Shown here piece by piece: positions 1-10,495 of a stretch of DNA of 64,000 bases. The position numbers and the translations under genes are program-made. Source of the stretch: Mustelus asterias (lineage: Eukaryota); assembly GCF_964213995.1 (NCBI RefSeq), contig NC_135820.1, forward strand, positions 46,128,001-46,192,000, written 5' to 3'. How positions within the stretch are numbered: the first letter of the stretch is position 1; each line of letters starts with the position of its first letter. The notes beneath the pieces were generated by a model. That model was not told the DNA's origin. It saw only the letters and a list, made by a program, of their open reading frames with translations, and made no database searches.

Positions 1-1770
1 ATGGCAGAGGGAAGTTATGTGTGGAACCGGAGGAGATTGGTGAAGCATTGAACCAATATTTCTCTTCGGTGTTCACGCAAGGGGACATGAATATAGCTGA
101 GGAGGACACTGGGTTGCAAGGGAGTAGAATAGACAGTATTACAGTTGATAAGGAGGATGTGCAGGATATTCTGGAGGGTCTGAAAATAGATAAATCCCCT
201 GGTCCGGATGGGATTTATCCAAGGATTCTCTGGGAGGCAAGAGAAGTGATTGCAGAGCCTCTGGCTCTGATCTTCAGGTCGTCGTTGGCCTCTGGTATAG
301 TACCAGAAGATTGGAGGTTAGCGAATGTTGTCCCATTGTTTAAGAAGGGGAACAGAGACTTCCCCGGGAATTATAGACCGGTGAGTCTCACTTCTGTTGT
401 CGGCAAGATGTTGGAAAAAATTATAAGGGATAGGATTTATAGTTATTTGGAGAGTAATGAATTGATAGGTGATAGTCAGCATGGTTTTGTGGCAGGTAGG
501 TCGTGCCTTACTAACCTTATTGAGTTTTTTGAGAAAGTGACCAAGGAGGTGGATGGGGGCAAGGCAGTGGACGTGGTATATATGGATTTTAGTAAGGCGT
601 TTGATAAGGTTCACCATGGTAGGCTTCTGCAGAAAATGCAGATGTATGGGATTGGGGGTGATCTAGGAAATTGGATCAGGAATTGGCTAGCGGATAGGAA
701 ACAGAGGGTGGTGGTTGATAGTAAATATTCATCATGGAGTGCGGTTACAAGTGGTGTACCTCAGGGATCTGTTTTGGGGCCACTGCTGTTTGTAATATTT
801 ATTAATGATCTGGATGAGGGTATAGTTGGGTGGATTAGCAAATTTGCTGATGACACCAAAGTCGGTGGTGTGGTAGACAGTGAGGAAGGGTGTCGTAGTT
901 TGCAGGAAGACTTAGACAGGTTGCAAAGTTGGGCCGAGAGGTGGCGGATGGAGTTTAATGCGGAGAAGTGTGAGGTAATTCACTTTGGTAGGAATGACAG
1001 ATGTGTTGAGTATAGGGCTAACGGGAGGACTTTGAATAGTGTGGAGGAGCAGAGGGATCTAGGTGTATGTGTGCATAGATCCCTGAAAGTTGGGAATCAA
1101 GTAGATAAGGTTGTTAAGAAGGCATATGGTGTCTTGGCGTTTATTGGTAGGGGGATTGAATTTAGGAGTCGTAGCGTTATGTTGCAACTGTACACAACTC
1201 TGGTGCGGCCGCACTTGGAGTACTGTGTGCAGTTCTGGTCCCCACATTACAGGAAGGATGTGGAGGCTTTGGAGAGGGTGCAGAGGAGGTTTACCAGGAT
1301 GTTGCCTGGTATGGAGGGGAGATCCTATGAGGAGAGGCTGAGGGATTTGGGATTGTTTTCGCTGGAAAGGCGGCGGCTAAGAGGGGATCTTATTGAAACA
1401 TATAAGATGATTAGAGGTTTAGATAGGGTGGATAGTGATAGCCTTTTTCCTCTGATGGAGAAATCCAGCACGAGGGGGCATGGCTTTAAATTGAGGGGGG
1501 GTAGTTATAGAACCGATGTCAGGGGTAGGTTCTTTACCCAGAGGGTGGTGAGGGATTGGAATGCCCTGCCAGCATCAGTAGTAAATGCGCCTAGTTTGGG
1601 GGCGTTTAAGAGATCCGTAGATAGGTTCATGGACGAAAAGAAATTGGTTTAGGTTGGAGGGTCACAGTTTTTTTTTTTAACTGGTCGGTGCAACATCGTG
1701 GGCCGAAGGGCCTGTTCTGCGCTGTAATGTTCTATGTTCTATGTTCTATGTTCTATGTTCTATGTTCTAT
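1..1770 (+). mobile_element. Young CR1-clade (HER1-like) LINE, 3' portion, inserted in Gypsy gag; runs off the left edge of the window
   Basis: Uninterrupted ORF 21..1652 with CR1 RT motifs (KSPGPDG, NYRPVSLTS, QHGF, YMDFSKAFD, GVPQGSVLGP, KFADD, RPHLEYCVQFW). 3'UTR ends GGGCCGAAGGGCCTG...(GTTCTAT)n at ~1729-1770. Confidence 0.95.
21..1652 (+). CDS. CR1 ORF2 reverse transcriptase domain plus C-terminus (partial; no endonuclease domain in window)
   Basis: 543-aa ORF with full set of non-LTR RT motifs including FADD. Confidence 0.93.
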   Translation: MEPEEIGEALNQYFSSVFTQGDMNIAEEDTGLQGSRIDSITVDKEDVQDILEGLKIDKSPGPDGIYPRILWEAREVIAEPLALIFRSSLASGIVPEDWRLANVVPLFKKGNRDFPGNYRPVSLTSVVGKMLEKIIRDRIYSYLESNELIGDSQHGFVAGRSCLTNLIEFFEKVTKEVDGGKAVDVVYMDFSKAFDKVHHGRLLQKMQMYGIGGDLGNWIRNWLADRKQRVVVDSKYSSWSAVTSGVPQGSVLGPLLFVIFINDLDEGIVGWISKFADDTKVGGVVDSEEGCRSLQEDLDRLQSWAERWRMEFNAEKCEVIHFGRNDRCVEYRANGRTLNSVEEQRDLGVCVHRSLKVGNQVDKVVKKAYGVLAFIGRGIEFRSRSVMLQLYTTLVRPHLEYCVQFWSPHYRKDVEALERVQRRFTRMLPGMEGRSYEERLRDLGLFSLERRRLRGDLIETYKMIRGLDRVDSDSLFPLMEKSSTRGHGFKLRGGSYRTDVRGRFFTQRVVRDWNALPASVVNAPSLGAFKRSVDRFMDEKKLV

Positions 1771-3393
1771 GCTCGACACCTTCGAGCCACTCGACGGCGG
1801 CAGCCCAGCGAAACGACGGAACAGTATGCGTGCGAGCTTCAGCAGCTAGTCAGAGCCTGCAACTGCAAGTCCGTGTCGGCAGCCCAGTACATGAGCGACC
1901 TAGTTCGAGATGCGTTCGTGGCGGGAATCGGCTCGTCGTACATCCGCCTTCGGCTGTTGGAGGCAAGGGATGAGATTGCAGAGCCTTTGGCGTTGATCTT
2001 TGGGTCCTCGCTGTCCACGGGGATGGTGCCAGAGGACTGGAGAATGGCGAATGTTGTTCCTCTGTTTAAGAAAGGGAATAGAAATGACCCTGGTAATTAT
2101 AGACCGGTTAGTCTTACTTCGGTGGTTGGTAAATTGATGGAAAGGGTCCTTAGGGATGGGATTTACGACCATTTAGAAAGATGCGGATTAATCCGAGATA
2201 GTCAGCACGGATTCGTGAAGGGCAAGTCGTGCCTCACAAATTTGATAGAATTTTTTGAGGAGGTAACTAAGTGTGTTGATGAAGGTAGGGCAGTTGATGT
2301 CATATACATGGATTTTAGTAAGGCGTTTGATAAGGTCCCCCATGGTCGGCTTATGATGAAAGTGAGGAGGTGTGGGATAGAGGGAAAGTTGGCCGATTGG
2401 ATAGGTAACTGGCTGTCTGACCGAAGACAGAGGGTGGTGGTCGATGGAAAATTTTCGGATTGGAGGCAGGTTGCTAGCGGTGTGCCGCAGGGATCAGTGC
2501 TTGGTCCTCTGCTCTTTGTGATTTTTATTAATGACTTAGAGGAGGGGGCTGAAGGGTGGATCAGTAAATTTGCTGATGACACCAAGATTGGTGGAGTAGT
2601 GGATGAGGTGGAGGGCTGTTGTAGGCTGCAAAGAGACATAGATAGGATGCAAAGCTGGGCTGAAAAATGGCAAATGGAGTTTAACCCTGATAAATGTGAG
2701 GTGATTCATTTTGGTAGGACTAATTTAAATGTGGATTACAGGGTCAAAGGTAGGGTTCTGAAGACTGTGGAGGAACAGAGAGATCTTGGGGTCCATATCC
2801 ACAGATCTCTAAAGGTTGCCAGTCAAGTGGATAGAGCTGTGAAGAAGGCCTATAGTGTGTTAGCTTTTATTAACAGGGGGTTGGAGTTTAAGAGCCGTGG
2901 GGTTATGCTGCAACTGTACAGGACCTTGGTGAGACCACATTTGGAATATTGTGTGCAGTTCTGGTCACCTCACTATAAGAAGGATGTGGAAGCGCTGGAA
3001 AGAGTGCAGAGGAGATTTACCAGGATGCTGCCTGGTTTGGAGGGTAGGTCATATGAGGAAAGGTTGAGGGAGCTAGGGCTGTTCTCTCTGGAGCGGAGGA
3101 GGCTGAGGGGAGACTTAATAGAGGTGTATAAAATGATGAAGGGGATAGATAGAGTGAAGGTTCAAAGACTATTTCCTCGGGTGGATGGAGCTATTACAAG
3201 GGGGCATAACTATAGGGTTCGTGGTGGGAGATACAGGACGGATATCAGAGGTAGGTTCTTTACGCAGAGAGTGGTTGGGGTGTGGAATGGACTGCCTGCA
3301 GTGATAGTGGAGTCAGACACTTTAGAAACATTTAAGCGGTTATTGGATAGGCACATGGAGCACACCAGGATGATAGGGAGTGGGATAGCTTGA
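1741..3393 (+). CDS. Chimeric ORF: microsatellite-derived ATG + ~65 aa Gypsy Gag + CR1 RT (550 aa)
   Basis: ORF track. N-terminal MFYVLCS repeats are the translated CR1 tail, followed by Gag, then CR1 RT in the same frame with no stop. Expression not shown. Confidence 0.55.
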   Translation: MFYVLCSMFYARHLRATRRRQPSETTEQYACELQQLVRACNCKSVSAAQYMSDLVRDAFVAGIGSSYIRLRLLEARDEIAEPLALIFGSSLSTGMVPEDWRMANVVPLFKKGNRNDPGNYRPVSLTSVVGKLMERVLRDGIYDHLERCGLIRDSQHGFVKGKSCLTNLIEFFEEVTKCVDEGRAVDVIYMDFSKAFDKVPHGRLMMKVRRCGIEGKLADWIGNWLSDRRQRVVVDGKFSDWRQVASGVPQGSVLGPLLFVIFINDLEEGAEGWISKFADDTKIGGVVDEVEGCCRLQRDIDRMQSWAEKWQMEFNPDKCEVIHFGRTNLNVDYRVKGRVLKTVEEQRDLGVHIHRSLKVASQVDRAVKKAYSVLAFINRGLEFKSRGVMLQLYRTLVRPHLEYCVQFWSPHYKKDVEALERVQRRFTRMLPGLEGRSYEERLRELGLFSLERRRLRGDLIEVYKMMKGIDRVKVQRLFPRVDGAITRGHNYRVRGGRYRTDIRGRFFTQRVVGVWNGLPAVIVESDTLETFKRLLDRHMEHTRMIGSGIA

Positions 3394-3477
3394 TCTTGGT
3401 TTCAGATAAAGCTCGGCACAACATCGTGGGCTGAAGGGCCTGTTCTGTGCTGTACTGTTCTATGTTCTATGTTCTAT
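1960..3477 (+). mobile_element. Second young 5'-truncated CR1 LINE nested in Gypsy gag
   Basis: Open RT frame to 3393 (EARDEIAEPL...KFADD...), CR1 3'UTR and (GTTCTAT)n tail ending 3477. Gypsy gag sequence flanks both sides. Confidence 0.95.
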
Positions 3478-3737
3478 GTAACCTCGATCTCACTAAAACC
3501 AGAGAGTTAGCTGACGCTCTAGAAACGGCCTCCAAAAGTCTGGAGATGTACCCTGACGACTGCGTGCAGACAGTGTGGCAGGGGCAGTCGCAGACTCCAC
3601 TTTATTCAGCGGGACCGAAAAACTGCGCGATTGCGTTCCCAGCCTCGGACCTGACGACGGCAGCAGCTCCAGGTGGCCCGCGGTGTTACTTCTGTGGGGG
3701 GGTGAAGCACCCTCGGCAGTGATGTCCAGCTAAAGCG

Positions 3738-6512
3738 GTGTTGTGCTCCGCCTGCGGCAAGAAGAGGCATTATTCCAAAGTATGCCGGTCCAAACCTCCA
3801 TCAAAGAACAGCAGTGCAGCGTGTGACTCCCCGGAGCCGGCCTCCTTGTCTTCTGCATCTTCAAGGTCTTCTACCACGTGCGATTCCAGGACGTCACCAT
3901 TCCGAACGACGGAGTCGCAAGACACGTGCGACCTGCAGGGGCTGCAGGTTTTGGCGCCATTGTCCACGTGCGACCTATGGGGGCAGCCATTTTGGTCGGC
4001 ACCGACCGCGAATGACCAGCAGGGGTCGTCATCAACCATCTCAGCTGCCTGCAGTTGCACCCACGAACCAACGGTGGCGTCGATCATCCTGGACCAGGCC
4101 AAGCCTCACAGACTCGACAAGTCCATGATGGACATACAGGTAAACAGACGCCAGATTTATTGTTTGTTTGACAGCGGGAGCACGGAGAGCTTCATTCACC
4201 CTGACACCGTGAAGCGGTGTGGTCTCCAGATTCGGACAGTCAAGCAGACAATTTCGATGGCGTCAAGGTCCCGATCTGTCACCGTGCTAGGGAGCTGCGT
4301 GGTCAATCTGACGGTGCAGGGCACGGTTTACGAGAACTTCAGGCGCCTTGTGTTACCACACCTTTGCGCGCCGATACTCCTAGGACTAGATTTTATGGTC
4401 CACCTGAAGAGTGTAACCCTGCAGTACGATGGGCCACTCCCTCCGCTTTCAGTGGGAGACCCGCAGCCTCTAAATTGCCCAACGCGCTCCACATGTAGTC
4501 TCTCAACGCTTAGGATTACCACACCCTCCCTATTCCAGAATCTCGTGCCAGGCTGCAAGCTCATCGCAACAAAGAGCAGGCGTTACAGCGCTGAGGATCA
4601 GATCTTCATTCGATCTGAAGTTCAGCGGCTCCTCAAGGAAGGGATCATCCAACCTAGCGCTAGTCCTTGGAGAGCGCAAGTCGTGGTGGTTAAGAATGGG
4701 AACAAACCCCGGATGGTCATAGACTATAGTCAGACCATTAACAGGTACACGCAGCTGGATGCGTATCCCCTCCCGCGCATATCTGACATGGTCAACCAGA
4801 TTGCGCAGTACCGGGTGTTCTCCACCATCGAATTAAAATCTGCTTATCACCAGCTCCCCATTTGCCCAGAGGACCGACAATACACGGCCTTTGAGGCGGA
4901 TGGTCGCCTGTACCATTTTTTAAGGGTTCCTTTTGGTGTCACGAATGGGGTCTCGGTCTTCCAGCGTGCTATGGACCGAATGGTGGACCAGAACGGGCTG
5001 CGGGCTACCTTCCCGTACCTGGATAACGTCACCATCTGCGGCCATGACCAGCAGGACCACAATGCCAACCTTCTTAGATTCTTACACACTGCATCTCGCC
5101 TGAATCTGACCTACAACAGGGAGAAGTGTGTATTTCGCACGCGCCGCCTAGCTATCCTCGGATACGTGGTGGAAAACGGGGTCCTTGGCCCTGATCCAGA
5201 CCGTATGCATCCCCTCCTCGAACTCCCCCTGCCCACTAGCATCAAAGCACTGAGAAGATGTTTAGGCTTCTTCTCATACTATGCACAGTGGGTTCCCAAT
5301 TACGCGGACAAAGCCCGTCCGCTCATCAAGTCTACCTCTTTTCCCCTAGCAACAGAGGCTCGCTTAGCCTTTGCAAGAATAAAAGCCGACATCGCGAAAG
5401 CCACGATGCACGCTATTGATGAGTCCATCCCCTTCCAGGTGGAGAGTGATGCATCTGATTTTGCCCTGGCCGCCACACTTAACCAGGCGGGCAGGCCCGT
5501 CGCCTTTTTCTCTCGCACCCTCCAAGGCCCTGAAATTGGACATTCGGCGGTGGAAAAGGAGGCCCAGGCCATTGTGGAGGCCGTTCGGCATTGGCGCCAT
5601 TACTTGGTGGGAAAACGGTTCACTCTGCTCACGGACCAGCGGTCCGTGGCGTTCATGTTCAACAACACGTTACGGGGTAAGATCAAGAATGATAAAATCT
5701 TGAGGTGGAGAATTGAACTCTCCACCTACAATTATGATATCATGTACCGTCCAGGGAAGCTCAACGAGCCCTCGGATGCCCTGTCGCGTGGAACATGCGC
5801 TAGTGTGCAGGAGAATCGATTGCAGGCTCTCCACAATGACCTCTGCCATCCGGGGGTCACTCGGCTCTTCCACTTCATAAAGGCCCGGAATCTACCCTAC
5901 TCGGTGGAGGATGTCAGTTCCGTAACCAGAAGCTGCCGGGTATGCGCGGAATGCAAACCGCACTTCTACCGACCTGACAGGGCACACCTCATTAAGGCCA
6001 CTCGTCCCTTCGAAAGACTGAGTGTGGACTTTAAGGGCCCCCTTCCCTCGACAGATCGGAATGTGTACTTCCTCAATGTGGTTGATGAGTACTCACGATT
6101 CCCTTTTGTCATTCCCTGTTCTGATATGACCGCTGCCACGGTTATCAAGGCATTTCGTGATCTTTTCACCCTGTTTGGTTACCCCTGTTATGTCCACAGC
6201 GATAGGGGCTCGTCGTTCATGAGCGACTACTTGAGGCAATACCTGCTCTCATATGGGATTGCCTCTAGTAGAACCACGAGCTACAACCCAAGGGGTAACG
6301 GACAGGTTGAACGAGAGAATGCTACAGTCTGGAAGGCTGTCTTACTGGCGTTGAGGTCTAAAGGTCTTCCAGTCTCCCGTTGGCGAGAGGTACTCCCTGA
6401 TGCGCTCCACTCCATACGCTCACTCCTGTGTACGGCAACCAACGCTACTCCTTATGAGAGAATGTTTTCATTCCCTAGGAAGTCTTCCTCTGGGACCTCA
6501 TTACCGTCTTAG
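3738..6512 (+). CDS. Gypsy gag-pol remnant: aspartic protease, RT, RNase H, integrase
   Basis: LFDSGSTESFI (PR); SPWRAQVVVV, RMVIDY, PFGVTN, YLDN (RT); ESDASD, EKEAQA, TDQ (RH); HNDLCH..CRVC, VDFKGP, DEYSRF, HSDRG, NGQVEREN (IN). Bounded by in-frame stops at 3720-3722 and 6510-6512. Confidence 0.92.
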   Translation: MLCSACGKKRHYSKVCRSKPPSKNSSAACDSPEPASLSSASSRSSTTCDSRTSPFRTTESQDTCDLQGLQVLAPLSTCDLWGQPFWSAPTANDQQGSSSTISAACSCTHEPTVASIILDQAKPHRLDKSMMDIQVNRRQIYCLFDSGSTESFIHPDTVKRCGLQIRTVKQTISMASRSRSVTVLGSCVVNLTVQGTVYENFRRLVLPHLCAPILLGLDFMVHLKSVTLQYDGPLPPLSVGDPQPLNCPTRSTCSLSTLRITTPSLFQNLVPGCKLIATKSRRYSAEDQIFIRSEVQRLLKEGIIQPSASPWRAQVVVVKNGNKPRMVIDYSQTINRYTQLDAYPLPRISDMVNQIAQYRVFSTIELKSAYHQLPICPEDRQYTAFEADGRLYHFLRVPFGVTNGVSVFQRAMDRMVDQNGLRATFPYLDNVTICGHDQQDHNANLLRFLHTASRLNLTYNREKCVFRTRRLAILGYVVENGVLGPDPDRMHPLLELPLPTSIKALRRCLGFFSYYAQWVPNYADKARPLIKSTSFPLATEARLAFARIKADIAKATMHAIDESIPFQVESDASDFALAATLNQAGRPVAFFSRTLQGPEIGHSAVEKEAQAIVEAVRHWRHYLVGKRFTLLTDQRSVAFMFNNTLRGKIKNDKILRWRIELSTYNYDIMYRPGKLNEPSDALSRGTCASVQENRLQALHNDLCHPGVTRLFHFIKARNLPYSVEDVSSVTRSCRVCAECKPHFYRPDRAHLIKATRPFERLSVDFKGPLPSTDRNVYFLNVVDEYSRFPFVIPCSDMTAATVIKAFRDLFTLFGYPCYVHSDRGSSFMSDYLRQYLLSYGIASSRTTSYNPRGNGQVERENATVWKAVLLALRSKGLPVSRWREVLPDALHSIRSLLCTATNATPYERMFSFPRKSSSGTSLPS

Positions 6513-6996
6513 TTGATGTACTCAGGACCTGTCCCCCCGCAAGTCCGACCCTTTGGTTGAACAGGTCCATCTCCTCCACGCCAACCCTCAGTATGCCTAC
6601 GTGGCATATCCTGACGGGCAAGAGGACACGGTCTCAATTCGAGATCTGGTGCCAGCAGGGGGCTTGGAAACCTCTGTCGCTCCCACACCTCCTGTTAGGG
6701 ACCCCCCAACCATTATTTCCCCTCCTGACACAGCGCGGGCAGTATCGGGACCACCACTTAACCCTCTTACTCCCGTGTACAGCTTGCCTGAGTCCAGGAG
6801 ATGGTCGCCACTTCAAGGCGTGCCCGAGTTCAGCGGATTGTCACCACCTTGTGGTCTACCGGCCCGTGAGGAACTGGAGGAGTCGCTGGACACCGCCTTG
6901 GAGAGAACGTCACCGCGATTGCCTGAACCGGTGTCATCGCCGGTGTTGAGGAGGTCACAGCGACGGTGCGGTCCCCCAGACCGTTTGAACTTATAG
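6513..6996 (+). pseudogene. Gypsy integrase C-terminal tail, frameshifted
   Basis: VEQVHLLHANPQYAYV..DTVSIRDL and terminal LRRSQRRCGPPDRLNL*, typical of Gypsy pol C-termini. Confidence 0.8.
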
Positions 6997-7059
6997 ACAG
7001 ATGAACAATTGTTCTGTGTTTTGTACCCCACCGGCCTTTGTTTTCAAAGGAGTGGTGAA

Positions 7060-7356
7060 TGTGGTGAACCATTGTTGGTTCCCACCAGGTAGTGCTGAGC
7101 CATGGTCTGGCCAGTACTATGAGTCTGTAGATATGTTACTGTTGGGGTTAGGGTTGGGCTGTTCTACCTGTTAATATAGTCCTATGGTACACCCCAGTTG
7201 GCTCCGCCTCCTGGGAGAGGTATAAAGGTCACTGCTCTGCCTGGTGACCCTTTAGTCTGGGATCGTGTACTGTATATAGTAGCTCCGTTATTGTTGGCAA
7301 TAAAAGCCTTTATTTCCCGAGTACATCCTGCCTCTCGTGTGATATATCGCGCATCA
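7060..7356 (+). repeat. 3' LTR of the Gypsy element
   Basis: Starts TGTGGTGAACC right after the PPT and ends GCATCA. TATAAA at 7221, AATAAA at 7299. Matches the solo LTR at 18887-19217. Confidence 0.92.
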
Positions 7357-8390
7357 TATCTGTCGCCTACAACTGAGCTAAATTTGAATCCACTTTATCA
7401 AATTACCCTGTATCCCATGTGAATTTACCTTCTTTACAAGTCTCCCTTGTAGCACCTTGTCAAAGGCTTTGCTGATATAAACTGCATCGATTACACTACC
7501 CTCGTCGACACACCTGGTCACCACCTCAAAAAATTCAATCAAATTTATTCAGCATGATCTCCCTCTGACGAAGCCATGGTGACCATCCCTGCAAGCTTTG
7601 TCTCTCCAAGTGGAGATAGATACTTTCCTTCAGAAGTTTCTCTAATAGTTCCCCTACCACTGAGGTGAGAGTCACTGGTCTGTAGTTCCCTGGTTTATCT
7701 CTACAACTGTTCTTACATAACGGGACCACATTAGCTTCCCTCGAGTCATCTGGCATCTACTCCGTGGCCAGAGAGGAATTGAAAATTTGGGTCAGAGCCC
7801 CTGCAATCTCCTTCTTGCCTCCCACAGCAGCATAGGGCACAATTCATCTGGACCTGGAGATTTATCCACTTTTAAGGCTGCCAACACCTCCAATACCTTA
7901 TCCATCCCTCTGTCAATTTGCTCAAGAACCTCCCAGGCCCTCTCCCTGAATTCCATACATTCGTTCTCTTTCTCTTGGGAGAAGATGGATGTGAAGTACT
8001 CATTCAATACTCTACCAATGTCCTCTGGCACCACCCACCGATTGCCCCTTTCGTCCTAATGGGCCCTACTCTTTTTCTGATTATGCTCTTCCCATTGACA
8101 TACTTACAGGGTATCTTGGGATTTTCCCTACTTTCAGTAGCCAGAGCTTTCTCATATCCCCTCTTTGCATTCCTAATTGCTTTCTTAAGCTCCACCTTGC
8201 ACTTTCTATACCTCACTAATGCCTCCACTAATTTGCTCCTCTTGTAGTTTTTAAAAGCCTTTCTTTTCCTTCTCATTGTACCCTGAATACCTCTGGTCAG
8301 CCATGGTTCTCTGGGCTTGTTATTCCTACCTATCACCCCAGAGGGAACATGCTGGGCTTGCATCCTCCCCATTTCCTTTTTGAATTTTCC
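7357..8390 (-). mobile_element. Older decayed CR1 ORF2 fragment (host of the Gypsy insertion)
   Basis: Broken minus-strand ORFs: EANVVPLCK..PGNYRPVTLTSVVG, LNEYFTSIF..KVDKSPGPD, EPWLTRGIQ. Confidence 0.85.
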
Positions 8391-9570
8391 TATTGGAAAG
8401 ATAAACTCACACATCCACCAAAACATTTTCCACTTAAATAAAACTCCGTTCCATGCAAAGCCAATCATTCAAGGCACTTGCTGTTACACAGAAATGGTGC
8501 TATTCAGGTCATGCACCAGTCACCAATTAGAACCACATTCAAATCTGATGCTAAATGTAGTTACAAGGTACAAAGAACACGTCTACGTTTGCAAAAGAAT
8601 GATAACTGACACTCGGTATGCAAAGATGGCTGACCATAGTTCATTCATTCTTGCAGCCAAAAGCAGGCAGGGTGTGTACACAGCTTCATGGGGATTGCAG
8701 GTTTTTCACGAGTGCCAGAGATGGCACATAAATCACTCTACACACATTGCATTTCTACTCCACGATGTGTCATAGTCAGCCTTTTGGAGGTGGAATGCCC
8801 ACTTCTTTGACACTATTGTTCTTTTAATTCCAAAGTTATTTCAGGAAGAGACCCATTTATCCCTATTCTCTACTTCCTCTCCATGAAGCAATCCTCTATG
8901 CAAATTAATTTCTAATCCTACCTCCATGAACCTTTAATTTGCCTTTTAAACTGTTGAATGGCAAATGTCTTCTGGAAATCCAAGTATACGACATCTAACA
9001 ATTTCTCCTTATCTATCCAACTAATTATATCCTCAAACAACTGTAATAAATGTTTTTCGATTTTGTAAAATAATGTTGACTTTATCTGATTCCGCTATGG
9101 TTTTCTAAGGGTATTATTAAGACTTTGATCCTTATTCATAGATTCCAGCACTATCCTGATGGATGATGTCAGGCTATGGGCCACTAAGTTCTATGTTCTC
9201 TCTCTCTCTCTCCTTCCTTTCCAGGACATCTGTACTGCATTTACTAACTCAAATCCACTGTAACCATTCTAGAATCTTGGGAATTTTGGAAAATCATGAC
9301 CAGCAAGCACATCTACTATCTCTGAAGTTATCTTTTTTAGACACTTTGGGTGTAGGGAATAGGTCCCAGAGATTTATCAGATTTTAGTCCCATAAAGTTT
9401 TGCCAGTACTTTTTCCTCAGCTGGTGTTAATTACCCTAATTTCCTCCTCATACTACTCCCTTCATTATGCTACAATTTTCATATGCAAATTGTGTTTTTC
9501 ACCGTGAACACAGACACAATTTTTGTTCTCTGTCTCTGCTGTTTCCTCATACCACATTATAATTTCTTCT

Positions 9571-9696
9571 GGGAGGAATTTTTCCGTCCAGCCCACCACA
9601 GGAATCGTAGCGGGCTGAGGTGGATCATGCAAAGGTCCATTGGCCTTGGGCAGGATTTTCCTTTTTTGGGGCAAGTGTGGCCGGAACATCCCGCCC
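9571..9696. mobile_element. ~130-bp PIF/Harbinger-type MITE (representative; related copies at 17662-17788, 20218-20346, ~27126-27250, 27657-27782, ~28171-28290, ~31469-31603, ~35277-35380, ~35441-35566, ~45060-45259, ~55376-55502, ~59850-59940, ~62765-62967)
   Basis: Imperfect TIRs GGGCGG(G/A)ATTTT...AAAAT(C/T)CCGCCC. 3-bp TSDs: TCT at 9571/9696, AGA at 17662/17788, ATA at 27657/27782. Confidence 0.75.
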
Positions 9697-10185
9697 TCTG
9701 TCTCTGAGGGACCAATCTTTATTTAAGATACTAAATTGATCTGGAATGCACTGCCTGAGAGTAGTGTGGAAGCAGATTCATAGGATTACATTCGGCGTAC
9801 TGCACAGAAAATACTACTTTCCCCAACCAGTCCATGTCAGTGTCAATCCATTCAAGTTACAATTGATTGAATAGTAAAATTCCAGAGGGGAATAGGACAA
9901 ATACTTGAAAGAAAACACATTACAGATGTGGAGCAAGAGGGACTTATTCAAAAGCTCTACCAAAAAGCTGCTGCAGATTTGATGGCCGAATGTCCTCCTT
10001 CTGTGCTATACCATTTTAGGGATAGAAACATTTTGTGTTCATAGCTTGCTTCAGGAAATTCCTAACCCCATCTCTAGCGTTGATTTATTTTATTCCACAG
10101 ATGGATAATAATAGTGCCATTTTACAAGACATAAACAATACACTTGGCCATATATATTCCAACACAAAAACTATCCTGAATATTA

Positions 10186-10495
10186 GGTGGCATGCTGGCA
10201 CAATGGTCAGCACTGCTGTCTCAAAGCACCAGGGACCCGGGTTCAATTCCAGCCTTGGGTGACTGTGTGGAGTTTGCACGTTCTTCCCGTGTCTGCGTGG
10301 GTTTCCTCCAGGTGCTCCAGTTTCCTAGTCTAAAGATGTGCAGGTTAAGTGGACCGGCCATGTTAAATTGCCCCTTAATGTCAGGAAGGTTAGTAGGGTA
10401 AATATGTGGGGATAGGGCCTGGGTGGGATTGTTATCAGTGAAGGCTCAATGGACTGAATGGCCTCCTTCTGCACTGTAGGGATTCTATGATTCAA
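10186..10495 (+). mobile_element. HE1-like tRNA-derived SINE with CR1-type 3' tail
   Basis: A/B-box-like head (TGGCACAATGG...GGTTCAATTCC) and tail GAATGGCCTCCTTCTGCACTGTAGGGATTCTATG. Confidence 0.85.

Larger units (their letters stand above)
1768..7356 (+). mobile_element. Ty3/Gypsy LTR retrotransposon (gag-pol, PPT, 3' LTR), disabled, interrupted by a CR1 at ~1960-3477; 5' end outside window
   Basis: Gag fragment 1768-1962 (YARHLRATRRRQPSE...RDAFVAGIGSSYIRLRLLE) resumes at 3478 (NLDLTKT...). Two Zn-knuckle-like motifs CYFCGGVKHPRQ*C and CSACGKKRHYSKVC. Pol order PR-RT-RH-IN. Purine tract 7046-7059. LTR TG..CA at 7060-7356. Confidence 0.95.

Noticed and set aside
318-2639. Antisense and alternative-frame ORFs over the CR1 RTs
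   Set aside because: Shadow ORFs of LINE coding sequence.
7143-7160. TTAGGG motif as an interstitial telomere
   Set aside because: Single unit embedded in an LTR, not a tandem array.
8410-8480. Minus-strand segment with acceptor-like and GTGAGT donor sites
   Set aside because: All three frames contain stops.
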